Below are positions 40,979-54,550 of a stretch of DNA of 64,000 nt, piece by piece. Location of the stretch: NCBI RefSeq assembly GCF_009914755.1, contig NC_060935.1; one strand, 5' to 3'. The first letter of the stretch is position 1, and each line of letters begins with the position of its first letter. The notes beneath the pieces are model-generated. The model was not told the DNA's origin. It worked only from the letters and a program-made list of their open reading frames with translations, and did no database searches. The DNA is from the human T2T-CHM13v2.0 reference genome, Homo sapiens. The translations under genes and the position numbers were made by a program.

Positions 40979-42062
40979 TTTATATGCACAAATGATTGGA
41001 ACATACCCACCTGCTCAACATTAAGATAAGAGTTAGTTATGAAATCCCAGGACAAAATACTGTATATCTATTCAAAATGATATATATGGGGAATTGTAGA
41101 GCCGTAGAGAAATGTTTATGGTACAATAGAAGACAGCGGGGGGTGGGGGAATAGTAGACAAAATAGTAGACAAAGAGGACCAGATGAAGCTTGTCCTCTT
41201 GTTCCTGAACCTGTGGATATGGAAACTCCTAGCACAGGGAGTGTGCAGCACCAGAGAAGACTGTGTGCACATGTGCATTTGTTGACTTATGTCACTCTGC
41301 ATGCCTGCGTGTGTTTATGCAACAGGCAGAGGGGAGGAACTTCAGAATTACATTTTTTACAGCTTGACTCTTTGGTTTAGTAAATTGTTATGCCTTTCAA
41401 ATTCACTAGTAGTAATAATGAGGAAAACAATAACAACAATAACATTATTATTATTATTAACATTATTATTATGCAGGTACTATTTCTTCCGAGGCTTATG
41501 AGCTAGGCACCCTCATAAGTGTCTCTCATGCATCATCTCACTTACTGCTCACAGCAACCCATGAGAAAGGAACTCTTCCCAATTTTCAGTGGGGGAAACT
41601 GAGGATCACAAAGTTAAGGACTTCTCCAAGGTCTCACATTAGTCAAGACAGAAACAGGATTTTAATTAGGTCTGATTGATGCTCGTCATTTGACAGGAAA
41701 GGGAGAGCATAGTCAACATTTAGAATTGTAGAAGAAGGCTTAGAATGTAAAAAAAAAAAAAAAAAGACATTTTTTGAAAGACACATAATCACTTTAGCTA
41801 GAAATAACAACCAGTAACACTCTAACATGTTTACTTGTAATTGTTTCTATGTCTTTTACATAGTTGAAATAAAGCTATAGATGCAATTTTGTCTACTATT
41901 CCCCCCACCTTCCATTGTACCATAAACGTTTCTCTACATCTCTACAGTTCCCCATATATATCATTTTGAATAGATATACAATATTTTGTCCAGGGATTTC
42001 ATAACTAACTCTTATCTTAATGTGGAGCAGGTAGGTGTGTTCCAATGATTTACGCATATAAA
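40979..42062. repeat. Long inverted repeat: arms 40979-41164 and 41886-42062, ~720-bp spacer
   Basis: The arms are reverse complements, with ~13 substitutions and one ~9-nt indel by hand alignment. Confidence 0.96.
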
Positions 42063-42117
42063 AATGATGTGGTAAACATTTTTGTCCATCTAATTTCTCT
42101 GAATGCATTGTGATTTC
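41770..42117 (-). mobile_element. Old L1ME-type 3' fragment (probable donor of the inverted duplicate)
   Basis: L1 3' UTR-like sequence continues on both sides of the duplicated segment. Confidence 0.65.
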
Positions 42118-42429
42118 AAAAAAAAAAAAAAAAAAAAAAACAACTAGCTCCTAGATGTGCTCTTAACTGCATGTCCTTATCTGGAACTCCGGATGGGCGA
42201 GAACCCCATCTATGGAGGTGTCTACAAATGCACACATCTGGCCCTGCCCCAGAGCTGGGACCAGAATCTCTACGGTGATCTCCAGGTTGGAGTGGGGGCT
42301 CACTTTGATGGTTCCAGCCTTAACCACCGCACCAGGGCTGATGTTTCTTGGCCTGACTGTGCAGACATACAATCTTGACCAAAGACAAGGTTCTGTTCTC
42401 CCTACACTGTAGCACCCGAGACTTGCTGA

Positions 42430-42900
42430 CAGTCATTGTGGCATGAGGCTCCTTCCATCTTTTGGATTTCTGCCACACCCCCAGCCTATCTGCTCTATTA
42501 TTAACCTAGTGCAATTTTTCTTCACATTCAACTGACTCTTTGTTTCTGGAATCAATTTATTTTAAAAGGAAAATGTATCTCATTATCTTAAGTGAAAAAA
42601 ACACCATCTTTTCATGAATAGAAAACAAAAAGGTTAAAAAATGAATATGATGAACAAAACAAGGTGAATACTGTTGCCTCCTCATCCAAACTCAGGTCTC
42701 TGTTAAACAGGGAGATGAACAAGCATTGGCGAGGTATTAAATACCTACCAGTGCCAAAATCAGGCTTTCTCCTCCACTAAATCAGAAAGATTAAAGAGGA
42801 AGTGAAACAAGACTTTCTCACCATGTGATCCAATGTTACTTAACACCGTGCTTAGGTAACACACGCAACCATTTGGTCCCAGTCCCCCGTGGAAAACACC
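42430..42900. mobile_element. Old hAT-Charlie element (Charlie4a-like)
   Basis: Resembles the recalled consensus segment aatttattttaaaaggaaa...; subfamily uncertain. Confidence 0.5.
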
Positions 42901-44038
42901 TATCTAGTCCAGCCTTCTCCATTTACACAGGAATAAAAGAACCCAAGAGTTAAGCGTCAGGCCTTTGTCACATCTAAGCCTGGCAGCAAAGCAGAATGGA
43001 GAATCTAGGTCTCCTGGCTCCTAAGTCTTATTTGATAATTCTTTAAAAACTGTATTTTTAAAAAAATATGGGCAGCAGAGTATACAGGGAGAGAAATACA
43101 TATTTACTCTGATCTTTCCTTATCAGATCCCAAAGCATATTATGATAGAAGAGGTTAAGGAAACAAAGCATATCTGTATCAAAAGGAAAGCAAAAAAATT
43201 TGATCATCAAGTAATTATTGACAATCTACTTCTGTGCCAGGCTCTATGCTCTGTGCTGGGCCCATCAACAGAGAACAAGAGACAGTTTCCTGCCCCTGAC
43301 CCCCAACCTGTCAGTGTATGGGGCCAATATTTGGACTAGAAGTGGCCTGTGTGGACTGATCATTCACTCAATTCATTGCTCCACGAATATGTATGAGTAC
43401 CTAACTATGTGTCAGATTTCCATAAATAATTTTTATGGGAATATTGATGGTCTCTTCCAGACAGTTACTCTGATCATTCTACTTACTGCTAAGAGTCAAA
43501 CATAAGAATGGCAGGATTTAAAAGTTAGGTCAGTTATAGAAAACTGTTTTATAAAACTGATGCTGGACGTCTTAATGAGGGATATAATTTAAAAGCATTA
43601 AACAGTTTAGAAACTGTTACTAATAATAGCTAACAAGCAAACCAATCATGTAATTAGTAATAATCAGCTAACATTTGTTAGATATTTATGATATGCTTGA
43701 TATCGTGCTAAGCACTTTCGCAGATCCTGACTCAATACTCACAAGAATCCTGCTCATCTGCAATACACAGACTTGGAACCAAGGCTTACAGAGGTTAAGT
43801 AACTTTCCCAAGATCCTGCTGCTAATAAGTAGCGAGACCTAGATATAAATCAGGATAGGTGACAGAAAGTTAAAACCTCCCAAAATGTAAAAGACATGCT
43901 TTCTAGAAGAAAAATATACATTTGTTGAAATTTGTATCACTTTAATTACATTCACAAAGAAGAGGGGAAAATTTTAACCTCCTTCAAAGTTCATCTACTA
44001 GTTGAACTCTTTATCAGTAGTTAACAAATGGGTGAAGA

Positions 44039-44636
<598 letters not shown>

Positions 44637-45325
44637 AGGTTATGAGTTCGTGGGCTTTAGAATTAGACAGACTTGGGTCGGAACCTTGATTTTTCCATTT
44701 GCTTTATGTGCAAGTCACAGAGGCAGAGCTACTTATCTAAAAAAGAGAATATCACTATTGAATAAAATCGTTTTGAGGATTACATTAAACAAGAATATGT
44801 AACCTCTGTAATAATCTCCCAAATACCTGGCATATACAGGTATTCAACACACTGGCTTTGTTAATATTATTGACAAACAATCCACTAGGAAAAATGTCTA
44901 ATAACTTTTCCACTACATGCTTTATTGGAGATGGAAAGGAAGAAAATTGCATTTTGGGGGATTGTGATATTTCCTCCCAATAAGTTTGTCTTTTTTATGC
45001 ATAAAGATGTTAGAAAATGGTGGCTGATGAAAAAGGAAGGCATATGCAGTGGAAACCCATCAAAGCCAAATGCCAGGAGTTGAGAAGGGCAGCTCTTTTC
45101 CCAGCACCCATCAGGTGGTACAGAAGGACTTGTAGGCAAAATTAGAGGTGCTTGATGGGATCTGGGCTCAGTGGAAGCTCATAGCAGAATTAATAATTAT
45201 CACATAACAATATAATTGCATGGCCTTTTTAAGGCACTTTACTGTTGAATGGAATAAATAAGAAGTATTAAGTTCTCCTTTTGGTCTTCCTTTGCCTGAA
45301 TTATAAAGTGTTGTCTATGAGGGAT

Positions 45326-45329
<4 letters not shown>

Positions 45330-45369
<40 letters not shown>

Positions 45370-45399
45370 CGCGTGCGTGCACGCGCACGCACATGCGTG
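45330..45399 (+). repeat. (TG)n(CG)n compound microsatellite
   Basis: 70 bp of uninterrupted purine/pyrimidine alternation. Confidence 0.97.
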
Positions 45400-45911
45400 A
45401 GAGTTAGTGGTTTTAGAATAAGCTGTAGAGATAAATTTTGTTGTGAGCTTCTCTTCCAGAAAAAAAAAAAAAGATTATACTAAGGAATAGAAATTGGCAT
45501 TGGAGCTAAAAATAGCTGTGTGGTAGAGTGGTGGGAACACTTGGGCACATTTTAGAGCTGTTTAGGAGTGTTTAAAGCATTTAAAGGTAGATTCTGGGGC
45601 ATAGAGCAGGACTGAAATCATCTGATGAGGCATACATTTCTAAGGCTATTCACAGGTTCATAAGAGTGAGGCATATTTGTGTGACCCAGTGGAGAAGGGT
45701 TAAAATGGAATGAGGGGCGGCAGGAATCCAGCGTGGCTAGGGAATTTCACCAGCTGCGCCTTTGCTGATGCACTTTAACTCTTGGAGCTGCAGGTTCCCA
45801 TGAAGGAGGGTGGAAGAATAGCCCCCCCGGAACCATTCTGGCTGCTCCATAGCTGCCCCCTCTAGTCCAGGTCTCAGCTCAAATGCAGTCTGCCTGACCA
45901 CGCACACCAGC

Positions 45912-46551
45912 TGTAGCAGACACTACGGATGCCCTCAACCCACCTGCAGCCTCCATAGACTGCTTCCACTCCATAAATGCTTCCTAACTCAAGTCAGACA
46001 CATATTTCTCTGCTTTGGGACTCTCTGGAGGTGGAGGCTCCACAACCAATGAGGAACATCTGTAGGTGGATACATACCCCAGCTTTCTTGGCCCCTGATG
46101 GAACAATAGTCCAGCAAATGTGTCAGTGTCCCTCTGAGGGTCCCAGCAGGAATGAGCTCTAGTTGCCCACAGTGGTAACCTAATCATTAAATTACCCTCT
46201 GTTTACAGGGGTATCCAATCTTTTGGCTTCCTTGAGCCACACTGGAAGAAGAACTGTCTTGGGCCACACATAAAATACACTAAAATGATAGCTGATGATC
46301 TAGAAAAAAAATAGCAAAAAAACCCATAGTTTTTAAAAAGTTTACGAATTTGTGTTGGGCCGCATTCAAAACCATTCTGGGCTTCATGGAGCCTGCAGGC
46401 TGCGGGTTGGACAAGCTTGCTCTATTAGCTTCCCTTCCTTTCCCATTTCACTTCCTTACTTTCTCAGCAGGCTTCCTGGAATCACCTTGCAAATTGTTAC
46501 CTACACTCAAATCCTTTTCTCAGGGCTTTAGGAAGAACCCAAACTAAGACA
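45912..46551 (+). mobile_element. LTR16-family (ERVL) solo LTR interrupted by MER30
   Basis: Starts tgtagcagacact and ends gaacccaaactaagaca, as in recalled LTR16 consensus termini. Confidence 0.75.
46206..46419. mobile_element. MER30 (hAT-Charlie MITE)
   Basis: caggggtatccaatcttttggcttcc...gggttggacaagcttg with imperfect terminal inverted repeats. Confidence 0.9.
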
Positions 46552-47205
46552 ATATCGAAGGTCCCCAGCACCTCTCCAGTGCTCCATCATACCACACTGT
46601 TTAATTTCCTCTCTGATCACTTTCTGAACTTACTTGTTTCCTCTTCTCAGTTCTCCACAAGGGCAGAGAGACTGGTTCTACTGCATCCCCATCACCTAGA
46701 ACTGTGCCTGACTGGGGCTCAATACATATTAACTGACTAAATGACCACTTTGAAATGGCTTCCTCCTACAATTGTTTCTATAAACAGGAATTACACTATT
46801 ATCACTTGATATCAACTCCATCTTTTTCCCAGAATATAGTCCTGTCCTAACACATATGTATGAACAGGCAGAGAAGTGTATATGAAAAGAGTTTTGGAAT
46901 TCAAAGAGCTGTGACTTTGGGCAATTTATTTGCCTTCTCTGACCTTTCCTGAGGCCATCTCAAAATTAGGAATAGTATTGCCTGCCTGATGGGTTTACAG
47001 TGAAGGCTAGGAGCTTAGGAGATGTGAAGTGCCTGGTACGTGGTAGGCATTTAATAAGTGTGAGTTTCTTGCTTGCCCGTTTCTTTCACTTACCTTCTCT
47101 CTAAACCTCCATAGTAAGTCCTGTACTCTACAGGGAGGGTTCTTTGAGAACCTTTCTCCATGTCGGGCCTACCTCTGTCCTTGTTAATCATCCCTGTGCC
47201 CCTCT

Positions 47206-47243
47206 ACACACACATACACACACACACACATACAAACACACAC
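47206..47243 (+). repeat. Interrupted (CA)n
   Basis: Directly visible. Confidence 0.9.
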
Positions 47244-48714
47244 TCAAGTGGATATGGTCACTCATTACAGGGCCAGCACCCATATTCTCTACTAGCTTGT
47301 ACTTTCTGCTTCCATGTGGTAGATCCTGGCCCTTCTATCCAGGCTACTTGGCCATTTCACAGATAGGAAAAGTGAGGCTCAGAGAGGGTAAGTTTAAAGC
47401 TTCTGGGCTAGTAGGACACACAGCCTGCCTGACTCCTGAACCCTTGATCTTCCCCAGGCCATGGTATTTTCATTAGGCTCCCTAGAAATCTAGAGGCCAC
47501 AGTGGCTGTGACTGAGTATTGTCCTAAAAGCCTGCTGAGATGTGTAGCAATATAAACCCTTGTGCTAAATGGCTCTCCCCTTGCTTTTGTTTGATGATAA
47601 CTAATACAATGCCCTAGGCACTATCCCACACAAACTCTTCCAGGGGGTATTATTAGCCCATTTTACAGTTGAGAAAACTGAGACTCAGAACATGATAGAA
47701 GCGATTTGCTCTCCATCGTGAAGCAAGTAAGCAGTAGAAGCAAGAATCGGGACTAGGTCTGTAAAGCCTATGCTGCACTTAGGCTACACCACCCTCCTGG
47801 CCTTGCGCTGCAGCCTTCCTCTCTTCCCCCTTGTCATTTATTGCATCTTCTTGGTGCTCTTCTGCTACAGCCCTTCTCCCTCCAGTCTTTCTTTCCACCA
47901 AAAGCTGGAAAGAGGGACATCCAACAGATTGCAAGCTCCTTGAGGTTTTGGGGTTTTTGGTTTTTGGTTTCCTCTATCTCATCTCCAGGCACAGTTGTAA
48001 GCTCAGGAAGAATTTGTTCAATGGAAGTGATCAAAGCCTTAACAGAGTGGATGGGATGTTTCACTTCTCTTCCAACTCTAGAAGGCTACTCCTCTGATAG
48101 TCCTATTTCAGCTCTGTCAATGTGTGAAGACAAGTATTGGGCAGCAATTCAAACCACTGAACAACATTATTAAACATCAACAAATGCTCATCTTCAAGAG
48201 GAAATTCTATGGTAGTGGGAGCCGATATCCCTGACTCCAGCTTCACAAAGGAGTCTAGCAGAGCACTGATGCTTGGCTCAGCCACAACCACAGAGCTGCA
48301 CTGGCTCAGCCTTCCTGTTAGAAGTCAGGCCCTGGTGGCCAGGCCTGGCATGGACTGGGTGCCACCACCAGGACAGCTCAGGAGCCCTCCCGAACACCCC
48401 AAGAGGACACAGCCTTCCCAGCTCTGCTAGCAAGTTAGCCGGTTGGTAAAGCCCAAGAGCATTCTCAAGAAGCATCCGCATCACTGAAAGCCTGCCACGT
48501 AAGGATAACCAACAGGCTGTGAGATGTCAGGCCCCAGGAATGGCAAAGATGGCCAGCTCCCTCATGATGGCCCAGCTGGGTGACAGACCCTCTGTTGTCT
48601 GTAAGCCCAGGACAGCCTTAGCGACAGCCCTCGTAAGACAGTTGGGGTCCACCAGTTACCAAGTGATTTCCCTGACTTTGGAACACCCAACCCCATTCCA
48701 CACAGAGTGAGGTG

Positions 48715-48950
48715 GCTAACAGTAGACTCTAGAGCTGAATTATCTGGAATCAAGTCCCAGCTCCAACTTACTACCCATGTGACCTTGGATAAGTCACCTA
48801 ACCTGTCTATGCTTTGGTTTCCTCACATACGAGGTAGGAAAAGTAACAGTCCTTACTTCCTAGGTTTGTAAGAAAATTAAATTCATTATTTATAAAGTGA
48901 TTAAAACAGCACTATGGCATAAAAATACTTTATAAATATGTATCAAATAA
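48715..48950 (+). mobile_element. MIR
   Basis: tgtgaccttggataagtcacctaacctgtctatgctttggtttcctca. Confidence 0.85.
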
Positions 48951-50390
48951 ATACTCATCCCATCTCCCAGTAACTTCCAACTACTAACCTCTTGGAAAAC
49001 ACTCCTGATTATCATGTTTTCGTGCATGCATCCATTCATTCATTTATTTTTTCTTCTCCTATCTGCTCCCATAACATTCTGTCTTACAACTCTGGATTAC
49101 TGCAGCCTATTCCATGAGCATCTTCTTTGCACCACAGCCAGGCACTGTGTCAGTATTAAGAATGGAACTAGACAACACTCAGTCCAGAAAGGAAGGCAGA
49201 CACAGATATGAGTCACTACATAACAAAGGCAAGGGCAGGTGCTAGAGGCACCCATGGTGGGTACCTTTGTGAAGCATTAGTTACAGCATGTCCTAATGGT
49301 GTGGTAATAACTAAAGGCCATCAAATCAGGCTACTGCAAATAAAAACCTATTTATTTATGTCCACAAGGGCAGGTTCATTTTCAAAGGGCTGTAACCAAA
49401 AAATAGAATGAGAATCAGAAAATGAAGTCAGAGTAAAAACACACATTCTGGGCACCTTGTGTTCCAAATCTGCCCTCATTTCATCACATAGGATTCCCAA
49501 ATCTCCCAGCAATTGTCCCCAGTTCCCAAGGTGTCTACAGGCTCACACTCCAGGCTGCTCACCACTCCTTTGGGAAAACTCCCTGCTTCCTAAGAAGCTG
49601 GCTGTGGACTGCAGGTTTCAGCTCCTTGGACTCCATAGCCTTTAGCCTTTTCCAGCAAGAAGCTAGGCAGCTCTGCCTTTCCCTTTCCCCGCCTCCCTGG
49701 CACGCTCCATCCTGACACAGAGAGTCCAGCTCCTCCTACTGATTGGTCAGCAGACATGAGAGAGAAGACACAAGGTTCCCATGAGACCTTCACGGCCAGC
49801 CCCTAACAGCTGCCTCAGCTGGAGAGGGTTGTTTCACTCTAATTTGCAGATGATTCTAGCTCATGAAAACTGCTTATTAGGAATGTTGGTTCAACATACC
49901 AACCAAATGTAATGCATAAATCTTGTTTGTATCCTAGTTTAGGAGAAAAAAAAAGCCATAAAAACATTTTTGAACAATTGGGGCAATCTGAATATGGATT
50001 AGAAGTTAGATGATAACTGTAAATTATTATTACTTTTCTTAGGAATAAACATCATATTGTGGTTATGTAGAAGAATGTCCTTGCTTTTAGAAGTGGCATG
50101 CTAAAGTATGTAAAAAAGAATCATGTCTGCAAAAAAAAGGAGAAAAATATATATCTACACATATGCATGCACACACTGATAAGTCATAGACGGCAAATAT
50201 TTTAAGAAAAAGAAAGATCAATTCCTTGTGGCTCTGCATGGAGCTTATTCATGTACCCTATATTAAGAACAGAAAAAAAAAGAGTAACAGAAACACAAGA
50301 TACATATAATTTATCTCTATACCTCAAAATTCAACTTGACTTTGCTCTCAAAGGGAGACAGATCCCTTGGTCCTGCCCTGCAACTCCACT

Positions 50391-50423
50391 CACACACACA
50401 TGAACACATATACACACATGTGT

Positions 50424-50458
<35 letters not shown>

Positions 50459-50476
50459 AACATGCACATGCACGCA
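50391..50476 (+). repeat. Interrupted (CA)n
   Basis: Directly visible. Confidence 0.9.
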
Positions 50477-51996
50477 CTGGAAAAGCACTTCCTTCAAAGT
50501 CAAAGCCCTAAGAGACATCCCAGAATAGCTGGCCTGGAATAGTAAAAAGAGCTTTCGACTCTGCACTGGAAGACCTGGATTCAACCTCTGCTGCACAGTA
50601 GCTGGTGATCTTGAGAAGCCACTGAACTAACCTGAGTCTCACTTTCCACACTGTGACAAGGGACTGTAATCATCCTGCCTCCCAATCCCAGAGTATTGGT
50701 CCAAGGACCAGAAGAAAGAGTGGCTATAGAGATGCCATCTGAATATGCCTTATTACTGCCTATGCTGACAAGTAAAACATGCCAACTCAAACTCGAGAAG
50801 GGTATCAACCTGCTGCCGAAAGCTTCTTCTGTGCCAGTCTTCTGGAATTGGGCCTCTAAGAGTGGACTGTTCCAAGTTGCTGGCTACTGGAAACAGATGT
50901 AACTCTTTGAGCCCTATATGTTATGGCAGAAGCAAAAAAAACACAACTTGCTTTTTCATTTTTTTAAAACAGTAATTCCCAAAGCTGTCTTATATAAATG
51001 GATCTGAAACACAGATCACAGAGAGAGGGGCTGAGCAGAGACATGGAACCCAACCAAGCAGCCCTGCCTGAATCATGGGCAAAAAATGTCAAAACCTTGG
51101 CCGGGTGCCTCCTGAGCTCCTTGAACCTAAAACTCGGGCAGAAAACCTCATTCATTCAGAATCCATTAATTCTGATCATTTAGACACGGCCTCAGCTGAC
51201 CTTGCCACCGTTCTATCTGTGGAAAGCGGCCTGGCTTAGGGGAGAGGCCTCGTGGTGCAGGGGCAAGCATGCTGACTGGGGCCAGGAGGCCGGTTCCCTC
51301 TTCACCCCACCACTTTGCAGCCCTGGACAAGGCACCTTTCTTCCTCAGCCTCTGTTTCCATGTCTGTAAGATGACAGGGTTGCATTAAGACTGTCTCTCT
51401 CTTGTCCGATTCTAAGATTCTATGATTAGTCACTTCCTTTGGGAAGTCCTTCCAATCCTCAAAGAATGTCTGCTGAACAGAACTGGGATCTGTGAAATTA
51501 AAGCATGTTTAATCAACCAAAAAGAACAAACTGTTTCAGAGCACTTTGGAAGCACTCATGTCTATGCCCCCAAGGAAGTAAAGTGCATTTTGGTTTTCAC
51601 CCAGGTTGACTCACGTGAATTTTCATTCGTTTACAGGTGGTTTAGGGTATTTAAGTATTCCGCATACCTGAAAATAATAAATAATGCTATCATTATAGAC
51701 AAGCATTTGGGTCATCCACTATAGGTCAGACTCGGTGCTCAGGGCTTTATGTATATTAACTCCTTCAAAGGCCCCAGGAATGATGTGATGTAGGTTTACC
51801 ATCTCCACTTTCATATGGAAAAGCTGCAGCTCAGAGAGCTTAAGTAGCTTGCCCAAGGTGACAGTGAGTGCTGGGGCTGGGAGTCAAACTCCACTCACTG
51901 TGGTGGCATCTGAAGAGAACTCATCATCTTGTAAACAAACTCCAGCATGAGGATGTGATTTGTCTTTCCTTGTACTGAACATTAACTTAAACATAC

Positions 51997-52770
51997 TTTA
52001 TTGAGCTATATTTGATATACAATAAACTGTACATGTTTAAATTGCACAACCTGATGAGTTTTGATATCAGTATACAACTGTGAAAACACCACTACAATCA
52101 AAATAGTAACCATATTCACATCATCCCCCAAATTTCCCCATCCCCCTTGATAATCCCTCCCACCCCTTCACCCTCTCCAGGCAACCCCTGACCTGCTTCC
52201 TATCACAATAGATTACTCTGCAATTTGTGAAATTTAACATAAAAGGAATCATACAGTATACATGCTTTTGAGTCTGGCTTTTTCCACTCAGTATAATTAT
52301 TTTGAGATTGATCCATGTTGTTGGGCTAATCAAGAATTTATTCCTTTTTCACTGCTGATTAACATTCCATTTTATGGATATACCACAATGTGTTTATCCA
52401 TTCACCTGTTGATGGACATTTGGGTGACTTACAATTTTTGGCTATTACAAATAGAGGTGCCTCAAACATTCTTGTACAGGTCTTTGTATCTCAATACGCT
52501 TTCACTTCCCTGGGGTAAATACCTAGGAGTGGAATGGCTGGGTCACAAGGTACGTATGTATTTATGGTTTTAAGAAGCTGCCAAGCTGTTCTCTGAAGTA
52601 GTAGTCTCCTTTTACATTTCTGTTGCTCCATATCCTCACCAACACGTGTATGGTCAGTCTTTTTAATTTTAGACATTCGAGTGGGTTTGAAGTGGTATCT
52701 TGTGGCGGTTTTAATTTTCATTTCTCTAATGACTAATGATACTGAGCATTCTTTCATGTGCCTCTTTTTT
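51997..52770 (-). mobile_element. L1M 3' fragment
   Basis: ORF 52491-52847(-) contains HMKECSVSLVIREMKIKTATRYHFKPTRMSKIKK, the L1 ORF2p C-terminus, followed by a typical L1M 3' UTR. Confidence 0.92.
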
Positions 52771-54340
52771 GACAAAAGAAACTCTTCAGCTATAACATAA
52801 AAATTTGGTAAAATTAACATTACTGGTTTCTGTTTATTAAGGTACAACCCTACTATGTGACAGATATGATGCTAAGAGGTTTACATGCACTGTATCATCT
52901 CACCCTCATAACAACCTAACGAGATGGTATTAAGATCCGGGTTTCCAGATGGGGAAACTGAGGCTTAACAAGGTCAGGTAATTTGCCTCAAGTCACAAAT
53001 TAATTGGTGGCAGGCTCAGGGTTTCTCTCCAGGTCTCTGCTCCAAATCCTGTAGGGTATGCCTGCTACTAACACTGCTTTTGCGCAAAGCTTGCGTCTTC
53101 TATCTCAGGTACAGTTAGGATTTTGGTACATAACCAGACAATGGCAAAAAAAAAAAAGAAAAAAAAAGACAGACACTACAGGCAACTGTAACATCAACGC
53201 TTTCTTGCCACTCACACAGTCATTCCTTGTTTGCTAGAAACCTAGGACAGTTTAGCCAAGATATACTGTGGCTGAGGTCCTGATCAATATCTCAATACTG
53301 TATAACATTAAGGGCAAAACAGATATCTGGAAAGTAGTTAACTGAGAGTCTCAAATCTAAGGGCTGGCATAAGAATGTCAATGTTTAGCACATTTATGTT
53401 GTGCTGAAGAAATGGCTTAAAAGAACTTTACTTTTGCTCTTTAAAGGCAGGTGTGTTTCACGCGTTGACTCTTACGTAAGCACTGAAAACATGTCTAGAG
53501 TTTCCTTTAGCCCAGAGACTAAGTCCTGGCACCAAGGGCAAGGCAGTGTAGTGCAAGGGAAACCTCAGCAGCTTTGAGCAGGTCAGCCAGCCTCTTTGGA
53601 CTTCAGCGTCTTCCTCTGGGCTGTTTGTTGATGGCTCAAAGGGGACTGGTCCCTCTTATCCTTTTTTGTGCCCAGATGCCGTTGTTTGGACTTAAAGATT
53701 TACAGGAAATACCAACCACAAGAGTGGTTGGTAAACATGACCACAGTGGTAGTAAACATTACCACATAGCAAAGAGAGCTGTACCTGAGTAGAAGAAGTT
53801 TCAACTTCGCATTCTGCTTCTAAAAGCTTGGCTTTGAACCATGGTGTTTATGCCCCATGTCCAAAGAATTACATTGTCCTTTGAAGAACACTATGTATGT
53901 CTCCTATAGTCCTGGATAATGCTCATGACATCCCTGCTCATACTTGCAATGTGACATCATCTATGTAAAGTGTCCTTGCTTCATCAGAATAGAATCCAAG
54001 CTCCTTGTGGCCTTCTTTCTTCCTGAGGTCGCCTCATCCCACTCCATATCCCCCAGGTATGTGCTTTTCTGGAACCTCCACACCTTTTCTCATGCTCTCT
54101 CCTCTGGAAGAATCACTCCACATTTCCCTACTCAGAGATTGCCAAAACCCTCAGAGCCCAGTAATAAGAAGTTCTCTCCTCTTGAAAGCCTTTCTTACTG
54201 ACCTCCAGGCAGATCTTGTCACTCTTTAATGGCACTCTTCCTGGCTGGGGTGCAGGCTTCAAGGAAGGCCCTTTTCCTACAGTATACTTTAAACGGTGTA
54301 TGTATCAGTAGTGGGATTGTCTGTCTCCTCGCACTAGACT

Positions 54341-54550
54341 AGTACTGCCTAATAGAAAGCAAACATAAATATGACAAACAAGGATGCATAATAAGTAACA
54401 TAAATTATATATGATACAAATACAATTTAAAATTCTATTCTAGCCGCATTTCAAGGGTCCAACAGTTGCATCTGACCAATGGCTACCCTATTGGAGGACA
54501 GAGATGCAGGACATTTCCATCATTACAGAAACCTCTACTGAAAAGCACCT
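54341..54550. mobile_element. MER3-like hAT MITE
   Basis: ctagccgcatttcaagggtccaacag...tggctaccctattgga...acatttccatcattacagaaa. Confidence 0.8.

Noticed and set aside
42118-42140. Poly(A) tract as the tail of a processed pseudogene (also 35017-35040 and 7051-7074)
   Set aside because: No convincing TSD or upstream mRNA-like sequence; more likely slippage-expanded runs.
45850-45870. Possible CTCF site (gctgccccctctagtcc)
   Set aside because: It matches only half of the consensus in either register.
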